A stretch of 64,000 nucleotides of DNA, taken from positions 19,406,001 to 19,470,000 of the forward strand of contig CM119378.1 in NCBI GenBank assembly GCA_051294905.1, written 5' to 3'. Under the pieces are notes generated by a model. It did no database searches. It was not told where the DNA came from and saw only the letters and a program-made list of their open reading frames with translations. Position 1 is the stretch's first letter. Every line of letters starts with the position of its first letter. Shown here in pieces: positions 50,046 to 61,582 of this stretch. The DNA comes from Botryllus schlosseri. Taxonomy: Eukaryota. The translations under genes were made by a program, and so were the position numbers.

Positions 50046-52289
50046 CAGGGTTGGACAAACTTTTGAGCTCGCGGGTCGCATTCAAGAATTAAATCCATTC
50101 GCGAGCCGCACTCCATAAAATTGGGATACCGAGCCAAAATTCAAAATCGTTACTTGATCATATAGTGACAGACAACATGGAAATAATTTGAATGCATTGC
50201 TAGATTTAAAACAAACCAATCGTTGATATGATGATAACTTATACGCGTCAGAAACATTGACGAAAATTTATAAGCTGATCGTCCTCATTGTCAAAATTAG
50301 GAATGGAAGTAAAGGTTGTCCGAATTCTTAGAACTGGATGTAAATTTGAGTCTGCGAGCAGCGATATGTTTATGGATTTGCTGATTGTACTTATGGTTTA
50401 CCTCCAAGACACGCAATGCCGACAGCATCATAACCATGTTACCTTCAGATACAAATAACGAATCTTTCCAACACACCAGCGAATCGTTTTTCCAAGTACA
50501 GCACTATAAGTAATCAACTTGTTCATGTTGCCGATCAGGGGCGTAGCCAGTCGAAAAAAAATGGGGGATATTTATTAAAACGGGGAATATTTTTTGAAAA
50601 GATGATATTCGTTATGCTAACCACTTTATTGCGGTTTAATACACACAAATGCCGATACAACAAGGGTAAGATAATCTCGTTTGTGCTTACGTCTTTATAC
50701 ACATGAACATTTGCCAGTTATCTTAAAATATAGCTCTATTATGCGCAGTCGCATGCTACAGTAACAAACGGAAGGCGCTTTTGCCTTGCACGCCACTATT
50801 TGCCACAGCGAGTTTCATGCGCGCCGCGGATCATGACTCAACGCAGCAGGTGATCGATGATCACCTCGCAAATCACAATGTATCAGATCAGATGGAAGTA
50901 GCAAACAAATTTCGATGACAGCGAGGTATCTTGACCTTAATTACCAAAGCGAGGATGTAATCACGAAAGTACGCGCAGATCATATTACAGCACAGTGGAA
51001 GATCTCTCGATTTTGTGGTCAAAGACGAACACTCGAACAGTGAAGACACGCAAATGAATTTTAGTCTGTTGCCGTTTGATACAAACAATCTGGATTAATT
51101 TTGTTTGAAATCAATATGATTTTTACTGTCTGCCAAGATGGTGTAGTATTTTTGGTGTGTGGAGATGGTAAAGACTAATTACCACTCGAGCTTGTGCGAT
51201 TGCATCACGTGAATAACAGTGGCCTGGCGCAGGCTTAGGCTCGCGATCAAAATGCATTCCTAAACGCGTTTGCGGTGTAGAAGTGACAATTGCGAATTGT
51301 CGAGGCCAAGACTATAACTTCTGGTCAATACAATAGCACATCGAGTAGCACTATCACGCGCCGCGAGTCAGGGAGCGGCCTAATTTTCCTAGCCTCCAAT
51401 GTTTTACTACTGGCCAAGCGCGTTATAACAGGACAGTCAGCAGATGCGCCAGAGGCCTGAGACACGAAACGGCCGGAGACCTGGAAACCCACACATAACA
51501 ACCGAACTAAATGATCGCGAATTGGATCAATACATAATAGATTCCATACAGAACATTTGATTAGTACGATCTGTTTAGGTACTGTAGGGATCTGCTATCT
51601 CTAATGATACAAGCCTAGCGCGCATGTTCTAAAGGTTTGTTACTGTCAAACACGAAAACCAACTCGCGCGGTATCGAAATTTCAATGCGGGTGTTATTGT
51701 TACTGTGACTTCTGGCTCTGTAACTGGATGAGATGGGAGAGCCATGTGAGATGCGTTTTTCGGGCTTCCGCAGACGAGAGACCAATATGAGAAAAAGGCA
51801 TCACCGCACTGTTGTCTGATTGATCGATGGCGTGATGATGCCGCGCGGCAATTAGGGGATTATCGAATTAGAACAAGAAATATTAGATCAATGGAAATAT
51901 ATGTAAGACGGGGGGGGGGGGGGTATTTCGAGCCTCGAAACGGGGGGTATCGGACACCAATTATCTCCCCTGTCTACGCCACTGTTGCCGATCTAAAATC
52001 ACACTCGCTGTCAGAATTAAGTCATTCACGTTTCACTTTCTGCTATTTTTATTAATTGAAACCTTACAAAATGCATGGGCCACATGGTCGGGCTATCGCG
52101 CCATCAATAAAATGAAAAAATACCACGCTAAGAATCTAACTTATCATTATCATCTTGAAATATTTCACGAAAAACTTTAATCAAGTACCCACATACCCAT
52201 AGTAATGTGATTTTTAGTATGCATTTTATCAATATTTTTCCGTTTCTTGAGGCTTTCAAGGGCCGCGGGCCGTAGTTTGCCCACCCCTG
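50046..52289. mobile_element. MITE with cagggttggacaaac / gtttgcccacccctg ends, hosting the 50536-51984 element
   Basis: Terminal inverted similarity; only 5/8 TSD match (ggccagac/ggctacaa), so the pairing of ends is tentative. Confidence 0.5.
50536..51984 (+). mobile_element. Non-autonomous derivative sharing termini with the P52rIPK-like hAT family
   Basis: TIR caggggcgtag / ctacgccactg; perfect TSD ttgccgat; 5' part resembles 31964-32160 and 3' part (51645-51984) matches 20400-20719. Confidence 0.9.
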
Positions 52290-52353
52290 GGCTACAACTA
52301 GCAAAGTACAAAACAATATACCGCCAAATACATCATATAAAACCGCTACTAAC

Positions 52354-52399
52354 CTGTCATTGCTGGGAACCTCAACACGGTCTGATGGAGATTCACCGC
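52354..52399 (-). CDS. Candidate linker exon between cassettes C and B
   Basis: ttttgttcag acceptor, gttagt donor; 46 nt, phase 1 to 2: (G)GESPSDRVEVPSND(R); its end phase fits exon 49431-49508. Confidence 0.45.
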
Positions 52400-52679
52400 C
52401 TGAACAAAATACATACACATTTCAAATCATTTCTGGTTATCAGGTGGAATTGACATCTTTTTGGGTGGTAATTGCCTTAATGCTAGGCCTACAAGTTTGT
52501 CATGAACGACATCATAGCGAGCGGCACTCACACGCGGTAAAAACTACTGGATATTCAAAATACACATCTAGAACCAGAACTAGAGCTACAGCCATTAAAA
52601 ACCACAACTAGCAAACTAAACACACATTCAACTGATTAAATTCCAAAGCAACTCATTACTTTTTATCTTATCGTAATTG

Positions 52680-52808
52680 GATCGGCTGAAACGGTTCGTT
52701 TTACGGCTTTTTTTCTTTTTCATGGTTGCTGCATGGAGTGCAGCCGTATTATCTTTAACTTCCCGGATTCCCAGCACGTTCTTGAAGCCATTTTCATCTC
52801 TTTCGTCG
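52680..52808 (-). pseudogene. Cassette C exons 4+5, fused with the intron absent and the final donor lost
   Basis: Acceptor intact; (S)DERDENGFKNVLGIREVKDNTAALHAATMKKKKSRKTN reads through where cassette B has a 55-nt intron; the donor seen in B and A (gaag/gtac) is missing. Confidence 0.62.
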
Positions 52809-52858
52809 CTGCAACGTCACAAGATACATAAGCACGGCTTGATCCGTCACGTTTGCAC

Positions 52859-53380
52859 TAGGGTTGTTCACTTTTAATTCAAATATGATATTTGATAAAA
52901 TTGTTAGGTGGCTAATTTGGCATAATTCTAACAAGTCTAAGTTACCCTATTATTATTTCAACTTCTACAATCTACATGCTACTCCATGAGATTAGTTGTC
53001 TATACAAACGATACATAACAAAACTGGCTCACTTTCAACCCGTAAAAGCAAAGTTATTACAGTACAAAGTTGTGCATTAAAAAAATAGTATTTGCGGTAG
53101 GATATTCAATCACCAAACACCTTGAAAATTATTATTTGAAATCCTAAATTTACTGCTATAGGTTGCTTCTCTTGGTTGTGGTTGAGCTAAATTTGTATGC
53201 ATCGTTTTTAAAAAAAAAACTTTACATTATCGCTGGGCAGCCGGTAGCATGTGAATTTTTTTCTTCAATAAATTATGAATTTTTTAAATCTAATGCTCTC
53301 CAATCGAATTGAGCCAAATTGGGCGTGAAAAGCTATTAACCCAACAAATTTCAAGAAAAATGTACTTTTGAACAACCCTA
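52859..53380. mobile_element. MITE family 4
   Basis: TIR tagggttgttca / tgaacaacccta; TSD gtttgcac/gtgtgcat (6/8). Confidence 0.8.
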
Positions 53381-53399
53381 GTGTGCATGACCCACTTAC

Positions 53400-53490
53400 G
53401 AATAGATAAAGCTGTAGGTGGTGTCACGACGTACAGGTAGTCGTATCCGGCTGCTCCTGCGGACAGCAGTTTGTTGGGTCGCAGGAGGCA
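53400..53490 (-). CDS. CENPC: CENP-C-like cassette C, exon 3
   Basis: AG and gtaagt intact; 91 nt: (V)PPATQQTAVRRSSRIRLPVRRDTTYSFIY. Confidence 0.6.
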
Positions 53491-53830
53491 CTGACAAAAA
53501 GGGGGGTAGATTAAGAAGCTGCATCAAGTTAATCAGTATACATATCCCATTAAAAATTTTGATAGAAATGCACTGTACATAATGCTGCAAATCAGTGCTA
53601 ACTGCTAATACCATATTGTGTATAATTCAACAATACTTGTCTGGGATTATGAATTTGCTATGACAATGACTATTTCTACAACACGGAACCATAGTGTCCT
53701 ATATGGTGTCGACACAGGCAAATCTCACGCCTCAGTGAAATTGTATCACGTCACAATTTCCATTTGGCTACGGGCAATTTGACGGTAATTTTTCACCAGC
53801 TTGCCGAGCATTTAATTTGGTAAAACGGGT

Positions 53831-54144
53831 ATCAATCAAAAGCTGACTCTGCACTGATTACGAAAATATAAATTTTATTCCACTCGTGGCCCTGGAACTC
53901 CCACAATCAGCCTTGAATTTTTCATGGTTATGGAGATTGGCATTGGGACGCAGCAATGCTGAACAATGCTGTCTGGCGCTTCTTCTCTTGAGCTACTCTC
54001 TCGTTTTGCCAGACAGCATTGTTGCGTCCCAATGTCAATCTCCATAACAATGAAAAATTCGAGGCTGATTGTGGGAGTTCCAGGGCCACGAGCGGAATAA
54101 AATTTATATTTTCGTAATCAGTGCAGAGTCAGCTTTTGATTGAT
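53831..54144. repeat. Foldback element: about 137-147-bp inverted arms with a 30-nt loop
   Basis: 53831-53977 is the reverse complement of 54008-54144, with about 5 substitutions and a 10-bp duplication in the left arm; absent from the homologous intron of cassette B. Confidence 0.92.
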
Positions 54145-54259
54145 GGCGGAACAGATGGTGACCAGACCGGGACATATTGATTTTAGATGCAAACATGAAT
54201 ATTTAAGGATAAGGTAAATATTCAAAACCCACAATTGCACCTAAGACGTGAACACATAC

Positions 54260-54300
54260 CAGGATATTCTTTAACCTCGAATCGGGGTTTCGGCGGATTC
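54260..54300 (-). CDS. CENPC: CENP-C-like cassette C, exon 2
   Basis: ttttttccag acceptor, gtatgt donor; 41 nt: (R)NPPKPRFEVKEYP. Confidence 0.6.
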
Positions 54301-54771
54301 CTGGAAAAAATATGCTGTCTTTGAACTTCCAATCACATAAGATGATTATCACAGTAACAAGGCGGATATTATTACTGAGTGACTGACTCTGACATAGCAA
54401 TGTGCAAATGTGATGCGTGACGATGTGCAATGCAATGAAATTTACTAGAACAGCTGGAGCAATTTTTCGAGATGTAAGCTCGCCATACAGTGTGTGAGTG
54501 ATTATGATGACAAACCCACGTCAGGTGTTCTGTAAGTGGTTGATATTGCCCCCTGGGCATAAATTGAAAAGGCCGAAATGGAGAAGAAAATATTAGCCAC
54601 AACCACGAGAAGGAGCACGAACCCAAGATTATGATACAAGTATTTTATTTGATATTTGACACCATATGTCAAGGCCACTTTTTGAAATTATCATTCCCCT
54701 ATTTTTTACTCACTAGCGTGATATCGGCGTCGAATTTTGCCGTTACGACTACCCAAGGACAACACTGTCAC

Positions 54772-54867
54772 CTTTTTGCCAATTTCCTTTTTTTAACAGA
54801 CTTTTCCTGGCCCTTGCTGGACGATCTTTTGCGGCTGCGCTTCGATCTACCGTCAGATTTGCGGGCC
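54772..54867 (-). CDS. CENPC: CENP-C-like cassette C, exon 1
   Basis: tttttcag acceptor, gtgac donor; 96 nt, 18 nt longer than in B and in frame: ARKSDGRSKRSRKRSSSKGQEKSVKKRKLAK(R). Confidence 0.6.
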
Positions 54868-55184
54868 CTGAAAAATCGAACAGTCTGGCTTTAATTTGCA
54901 ACGGACAGACTAAATAATGACGAACAGGGACACAAGCACAAAATTTCTGCACCAGTCAAGAAAAAAGGGGGGTTACAATTCGGTTTAGTAGGACAGAGTT
55001 GGGCAAACTACAGCCCGCGGGGGACCCCAACTACTCGAGTTCCAATCAAGTCATAGTTACAGAAATAAGTTTCCAGCGTCACTAAAAAGGTTTCAATTTT
55101 CGACTAAAAGTTTACGTTTTTTAGGTTAAAAATTAATCGTCCTAATGATAGAAATTGTGAACAAACTTTTCAAAACTAGCAACT

Positions 55185-55630
55185 AAGGGTCGTAATGTTC
55201 CGATTTTCTGATTACTTGACTCGAGTCAATCTGTGTATTGACTCGGACTCTAACCAAGTCATATGACTCGAGGCTCAGATGGCCAAGACCGACATTTCAT
55301 CACAATTTCGAAGAATAGTAAAGTAACCAATAGTAAGTCTATCGGTTGTGGTACTTGAAAATGCGACCAGAAACTGCTAAAAGTGAGGAAAATAGGCACA
55401 TTATAAATGCGAACCATTCGACATCACTCAAGACAGTTATAAAAGGAGGGTTTAACATTACTTCAACTGGATATTGAGCAGTTAACACAACGACTCCGAC
55501 TCGACCCTCCTCTTGCCGACTTGGACTTGACTTGGTGGTGAATTGAAAATGACTCGACTTGACTCGGCTCAAAACTATAAAAGTGAAATTGATTTGTGAC
55601 TCGGAGCCTTGTGACTTGGTTACTACCCTG
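55185..55630. mobile_element. hAT-type MITE family 1, copy 3 (reverse orientation, internally deleted)
   Basis: Degenerate TIRs aagggtcgtaat / ttactaccctg; perfect TSD tagcaact. Confidence 0.85.
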
Positions 55631-56349
55631 TAGCAACTAGAACTACAACTCAAAACCCTTAAAAATCCACAACAAACCAACTAATAACTGATAATACGAA
55701 TTACTGAAATACAAATGAGCTGAGAAATATTGAAGATAGAATCGGTATTTAAAAGCGACGGGGTTTCCAGTTTGAAATGGGCAGGGATTTCAACCTCAAA
55801 AACCCATCACCTGGCTGCGATACTGATATTAGTGATGACTCTGAGCTCACCCATGGGCCATGGGGTAAAATAAAATCAATCGGAAGTTGAACGCTTTGTA
55901 AAATAGACGGAAAATATTTTATTTCCGGAGTCGTAGGTAGAGCAATATGCATGACAAAGAAATAGTTGGTGCATCCAATGGCTACAATTTCAACTTGAAA
56001 TCAAACATCCTTATGATAGGCAAGTTATTCAAGTATGGTTTCCAGAGTTCACAGTAAACGATATCTACAAAAGAACGTTAAGGACGAAGGTTTTTCACGG
56101 TCCAATGAAATTTAAAACACGTTTGTGTTTGTCAGAGTACTGAAATTTTTCATGCATAAGGAGCAAAATTTCACCGATTTTTGTCCTAAAATCGGGGGGG
56201 GGTGCAGAACTGCGCTCTATGCATGGGTATAACAATTCTTGAAAAGAATCTCCCCCCGAAATGAAACTTAGAATCGCACTTTTCTTCATGTTCGTTTGTC
56301 AATCGCATATCAAATTAGCCCATCCTGCCGAGTAATTCATATTATCAGT

Positions 56350-56900
56350 GTTGAGCGCTGCCAATTAGGGAGATTAGTCTGTGCTGCATATTAGCATGCG
56401 ATCTCCTGCTGAGCTGGTTTGCCATTTGTAAACAAACGAATTAGGTCATTGCTTGCTGCACGCGCTCGTAATCCTTGCTAATCGCGTCAGTTGACAACAG
56501 GTCTGACCAATCACATCTACAACAGGCCATTTCCGCAAGATATAATCGCTGGCCTAAACAGTAGCATTTACAACAGGCCTGGTGCACACGATATCACCGT
56601 TGGCCTGAGAAAACGCATCCGTAATAGGCCTGCTGCGCAAGATATCGTCGCTGACCTACACTATTGCTTCTCGGGCCTTGCAGCCTTTGGCTGCTATTTA
56701 TAATTGTTTAGAAACAATGCCGTTAATCGTATAATGATTAGCAATCGTGATGTCATGATTGTTTAACAGTGACATCACAGAGCAGAATGACATCGAATCG
56801 TCACGAGCAGACGTCTACGTGCGTAATCGATTTCCACTAATAATCATCGTCGGTAGCTAATCATACGCTCAAGTTCGTCCACACGAGAAGCTTGTCTAAT
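56350..56900. mobile_element. Remnant related to the interior of element 48091-49263 (boundaries approximate)
   Basis: Shared caggcctggt..gatatc..gctggcc, acaatgccgtta and gacatcg..gaatg.catcgaat. Confidence 0.55.
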
Positions 56901-56935
56901 CGACATCAACGCATTTACTATCCATGTACTGCCAG

Positions 56936-57015
56936 TGCAGGGTGCGTACTATGCATGAGTACAGGCTTTTCCCCATAATCTACATGCCATTTACAGGGTG
57001 CGTATTATTATACAG
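56936..57015 (+). mobile_element. 3'-end fragment of the Tigger family at 27967-29990
   Basis: cagggtgcgtactat..gtac.ggcttt..acatgc.attt..gggtgcgtattat matches 29888-29960. Confidence 0.55.
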
Positions 57016-57649
57016 GGAAGCAATATCAATATCGGGTATCAATTCCACATAACGTTATAAGCAGTCATGCAAAAACAAAATAACGCCACATACACGATAC
57101 ACAAGTACTACTAACCTGCCATTGTTTGAATCTCCGCCGTTTTGGTTTGTGGGACGGTCTGAAAAGAATATTCATTTAACAAAAATGAAGACCGCAGACC
57201 GATGTTCTTACTAACTTCATTTATTTGGACTCAAACTGACGTTGGATTGGTCACCCGAGGGGCCTGCGACCAGAGATTATGAGGGACTGTTGTTACTGCC
57301 TGCTTTTCTATACTATCTTCTTTCACTTTTCATTCAGTGTGCAGTGCATGCCTCCTCTTTACATCGCCTAGCTAAGCCAATGTGGGTGTCTGATTTCAAA
57401 AACAACTCCAAGTTGTTTCGACACCTTCCTATCTTTTCACTCCATCGCAATTTTGTGGCGTATTGAACTGATAAAAATTGCTAACGAACCAAACTGAGCC
57501 GAGAATTAGCAGTAAATACTGCAGATCAAAATAATCCCGTTTTCAATCACTATGCTAAGACAGTACAACATTCCTGTGTTGAGCTGGCGAAGAACAACAA
57601 ACGCTAGATTGTGTGGGATAAAATCGCCATTATCAGTAGCCCTGCTCAA

Positions 57650-57985
57650 TAGGCTTGTTCAAAAATAACTTTTTTCTTCAAATCTTACTGGCTCTAGTTC
57701 ATAAAATTGTCAGGTAGACTGAAACATCACTGCACACTAATTATCCAAGAAGTATCAAATTTTTTTCTCGAATTTTACTCAGTACGCCCATGAAAGCTGT
57801 CTAAAAAACTTGGTTCAATTTCAACTGCTGTTTTCGAACTAACATTTTTCAAATCCAAAATATTCTACTCCCCCGACTTTGCTTCACACGTAAGAATTGA
57901 GACAAATATAATGTGCAGTGTTTTTAAACCCAATCTAACAATTTTATCAAATAGCCTGTAAAATTTAAAAATTTGAACAACCCTA
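57650..57985. mobile_element. MITE family 4
   Basis: taggcttgttcaaaaat / aatttgaacaacccta; TSD ctgctcaa/acgctcaa (6/8). Confidence 0.72.
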
Positions 57986-58849
57986 ACGCTCAAATTGTAG
58001 CACAGTAGGCTACTGTAACATTACATTGAACATTGATAGCACTGTATGCATTGCGAATCGCAAGCAATCTAATATTTCTCGGCTCCAACACGTCCAAACG
58101 TTTTAATTGCTGGCGGATTACATTTTGAAAATCATAAGCGAATTCCTATCGTTTTCACAGGTGACATTGAAATAGGAGAAAAATGCGTCGCTGCACTGTT
58201 TGGTTGGAATGCATCTAATTACTTACTATGGATTATGCTAATAAATATTTATTAAAACAAGATTTTGGAGTCCAAAGGGAGTAGCATCCGATCCCCACCT
58301 ACGGCACGCACATGTTTTCAACAAAAATATTACCTCGATTTTTATCACTTGCTATCAATGATCGTGGCATCTATAATTCTGAGCCTTCACCGACCTTTCG
58401 AAAATATACGAGCTTTTCGCAGGCCAGTGAATTCGAGACGAACATATTTCCTTATTATAGATAAAAGCTACCATACTTAACTGATGAATAAGCATTATAA
58501 GAAGGTCGATATTTTTTACTCAAAAACCGGAAAACTTTGACCTAAAAAATCTAAATTCTGACATTTTTTTATCTTAAAAAACTTAATTTTAACCTAGCGT
58601 ATGCAAATTAGGCGTTTTCCCACATAATGTTAGAATTGTACTACTTATCTTCATTTCTGGTTGGAACTGTCTGTCCTTACGAAGTTGATTGGCTTAAAAA
58701 AACTTTTTTGACTCAAAAACTGACATATTTTTACACGAAAAAACTTTATTTTCACGAAATCTGGCCTTCTGAAGAATTCCAGTAGTTACATCACGTGTTA
58801 TGGTAGGAATGATTAAAATTTGTTATGGTGCAACGAATGATACCTTCCT

Positions 58850-58990
58850 ACATTCTCGGGTAGAAAGTGACTGTCCTTACTAAGTAGCTTGCCAAGAATG
58901 GAGAAAGAACGTTCAACAGCAGCAGTTGTTGGCTGACAACACTGAAGTTGTGCGTACACTGCTGGTGACACCCGTGTTGCTCCATTCTGA
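58850..58990 (-). mobile_element. hAT C-terminal dimerisation-domain remnant
   Basis: QLQCCQPTTAAVERSFSILGKLLSKDSHFLPENV (ERSFS motif). Confidence 0.65.
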
Positions 58991-59459
58991 CAGTGGTGTC
59001 TACATCACAATTTTTCATCATGCGCTTCTTTACATAAGAACCAATGCCCACGCCGTTTTGCTTCAGTTAGGATATTGCTGTACGTTGAATAACACCATGT
59101 CCACCTATTTGTTTTCATTTGAATGTTCATGATTCACAATGAGCGGACAATTGGCCGTCTACAACGGTAGGCCTATAAAGTAGGCTACAAGCTGTAAAAC
59201 GTCAAATGATAAGTTCACCGACAGTGCAAAATCTACGATACAAACGAAATGCAGGTTGTTAAATAATTTTGACTTTGCAAACAATGTTGCTATTTTTTGA
59301 CCTAACGCTACTATTTTGACCCAATTTTGACTCTCTTTGAAATGTCAAAAAAAATCGCCCTAACTATAAGCAATTTATGACATCAATTTTGGGATTTTGA
59401 AAATGAGGGTACCGACCCTGTAAATGAAACCTCGCATGTCGTCACTGAGTGGCTCTTAC

Positions 59460-59667
59460 CGAAGTGCACAGTTGTAGAACCACGTGGCTCGAATTGGCCC
59501 TCTGTTTTTAGCCAATCGGCCAGAGTCTTGCCTCCCTTCTTCTTCTTCGCCGACGGGGCAGAGTGTTCGAGGTCGGAACTCGATTTAGGTTCAACTGACG
59601 ACCTTTTTCGGCTGGCAAGGTGACGGCTGTGCTGCTGGGCCGAGATACTTCTGCTGCTACAGGCCGT
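59460..59667 (-). CDS. Candidate exon, S/K/R-rich; possibly an upstream CENP-C exon
   Basis: ttcttcttttag acceptor, gtaaga donor; 208 nt open, phase 0 to 1: TACSSRSISAQQHSRHLASRKRSSVEPKSSSDLEHSAPSAKKKKGGKTLADWLKTEGQFEPRGSTTVHF. Could instead belong to the adjacent hAT relic. Confidence 0.5.
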
Positions 59668-60160
59668 CTAAAAGAAGAATGTGCGTTAAACCTGCATTCA
59701 GGCATGTCTGGAACTCATTGTTATGTTCTGGTGAAATTCACATCCATAATTACAATGCAAGTCTACCAAGAGTTACACACCGTCAAGCTAGTTGTATTGT
59801 ATGTACAGTATTTCGGTACTAAACGATTCAACAAACGATATATACTGATTGCTGTGTAACACACACTTATCTCTAGGGTTAATATAGGACAGTAATTCGT
59901 CAATTACAGTAGCAAGTCATGTAGCATGTTCTGAATCAGTATTTTCATCTGAGAAAAGTACATCACAAAGACATAGTAAATAAAGCAAAAAGCTTTTAGC
60001 CATGGCGAAAATCATATGTGGAGGAGCTAACAACGCTAACTGTAGCGCCTTCACGATCAACGGTGGGAATGGATTCAAAGGTCGTGTGCATCGTTACTTT
60101 AGGGAACCTGATGATTTAATCGCAGAGCAAGCAAGATTTGGACCAGCCCTACTATAGACG

Positions 60161-60842
60161 TAGGGGTCTTCAAACTTGACTTTTTTTTAAACTGTACTGG
60201 CTACTTGATAAAATTGTTAGGTTACATAATTGAAGGCTGCACCCTAAATTTGGTTCAATTCCAACCAGTAGCCGCATTGCTACAGTAGAAGAGAGGTTTT
60301 GTATTCATTACATGAAAATAAATATAAAAAAATTTTGTCCAGAATTCAAAATTTTTTGTTCACCCAATGAAATTGTTAGGTTTTCTATAGAAGCGATGCT
60401 CATCAAATTTGGCTCATTGGCCATTGGCCAACCATTGGAAGCGAAGTTATTGCGGTCGAGAAATATGGATTCGAATAAAATAGTATTTACGGTGGCAAAT
60501 TCTACAATTATTTATCATAGGTCTGCCCATCGTTGATACTATTTTATTCAATTCCAATTTTTTTTTACGATAATTCTACTTCCACTGGTTGGAATTGAGC
60601 CAAATTTGGTGAGCATAGTTTCTATAAACAACCTAACAATTTCATGACGTGAACAGAAAATTTCGAATGTTTTTTTCATTTTTTTTACATAATAATATAA
60701 AAAAACTTTTTTCTCCTGTAGCAATGCAGCTACTGATTAGAATTGAGCCAAATTTTGTGTGCAGCCTTTAATTACGTAACCTAACAATTTTATCAAGTAG
60801 CCAGCACAATTTGAGAATAAAGGTCATTTTTGAACACCCCTA
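60161..60842. mobile_element. MITE family 4-related element with long (about 130 bp) imperfect terminal inverted repeats
   Basis: ctggctacttgataaaattgttaggttac..ggctgcac..aatttgg.tcaatt..cagtagc.gcattgctacag is mirrored at both ends; TSD not convincing. Confidence 0.72.
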
Positions 60843-61511
60843 CTGTACAGTCATAGTAGTTGTGGTAACGAATAACACCCATACTGGCATAGTAGCCTCG
60901 ATTACGGAGCCGTACCTGAGCTATATTCGACGCTGCCATATCCAAATTTTCAGTGATGTTCCTCTGGAGGCTATCGGCTTTCGGGGTTGCTGGACAATGA
61001 TTAGCCACACTGAAAAAAGAACGCAAACGATAATGCAACAATGTTTAGGCCTACTTGCAAGGTATTTCATACTGTCTTGAAGTCGAATCATTCCATTAAT
61101 CTGCATTGGAGTCAAAGATAATTACAATTACCTGTCACCAGAAGGATTTCATTTAGAAGTTTAAACTTTTCATTGTTTAATAGCATATAACTATGTGCTA
61201 TTGTATTTATCATAACTAATTACCGAGTATTTTTGGCACCATTCATTCACAACTTCCACTAGAAGTAGCATTAGCATGTCTTGAAAATGGTGACTTTTAC
61301 TTAGTGGAAAATGACGGCGCTACTTCTAGTTCCATTGACGTAGCAACGCTGTCAATGTCGTCAACCCCCAAATATATGATACAAATTTCCCATGCTAGCT
61401 GTCGTGTATTTACTTTATGATAGAACGAAACAATTCGAAAATGATTTCAACACTCAAAGATTCGACATTCAACATATATATATATATATATAGAAATAGG
61501 GGATTTCCAAC

Positions 61512-61582
61512 CTTATAGTTTCAGTGGGTGATGCCTCTTCGTTGGCTAAGCACGGGATGTCTTCTGCCTCAACCACCGTTGT
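61512..61582 (-). CDS. Candidate acidic/PEST-like exon
   Basis: gattttgtttcag acceptor, weak donor aag/gttgga; 71 nt, only phase 0 is open: TTVVEAEDIPCLANEEASPTETI. Confidence 0.35.
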
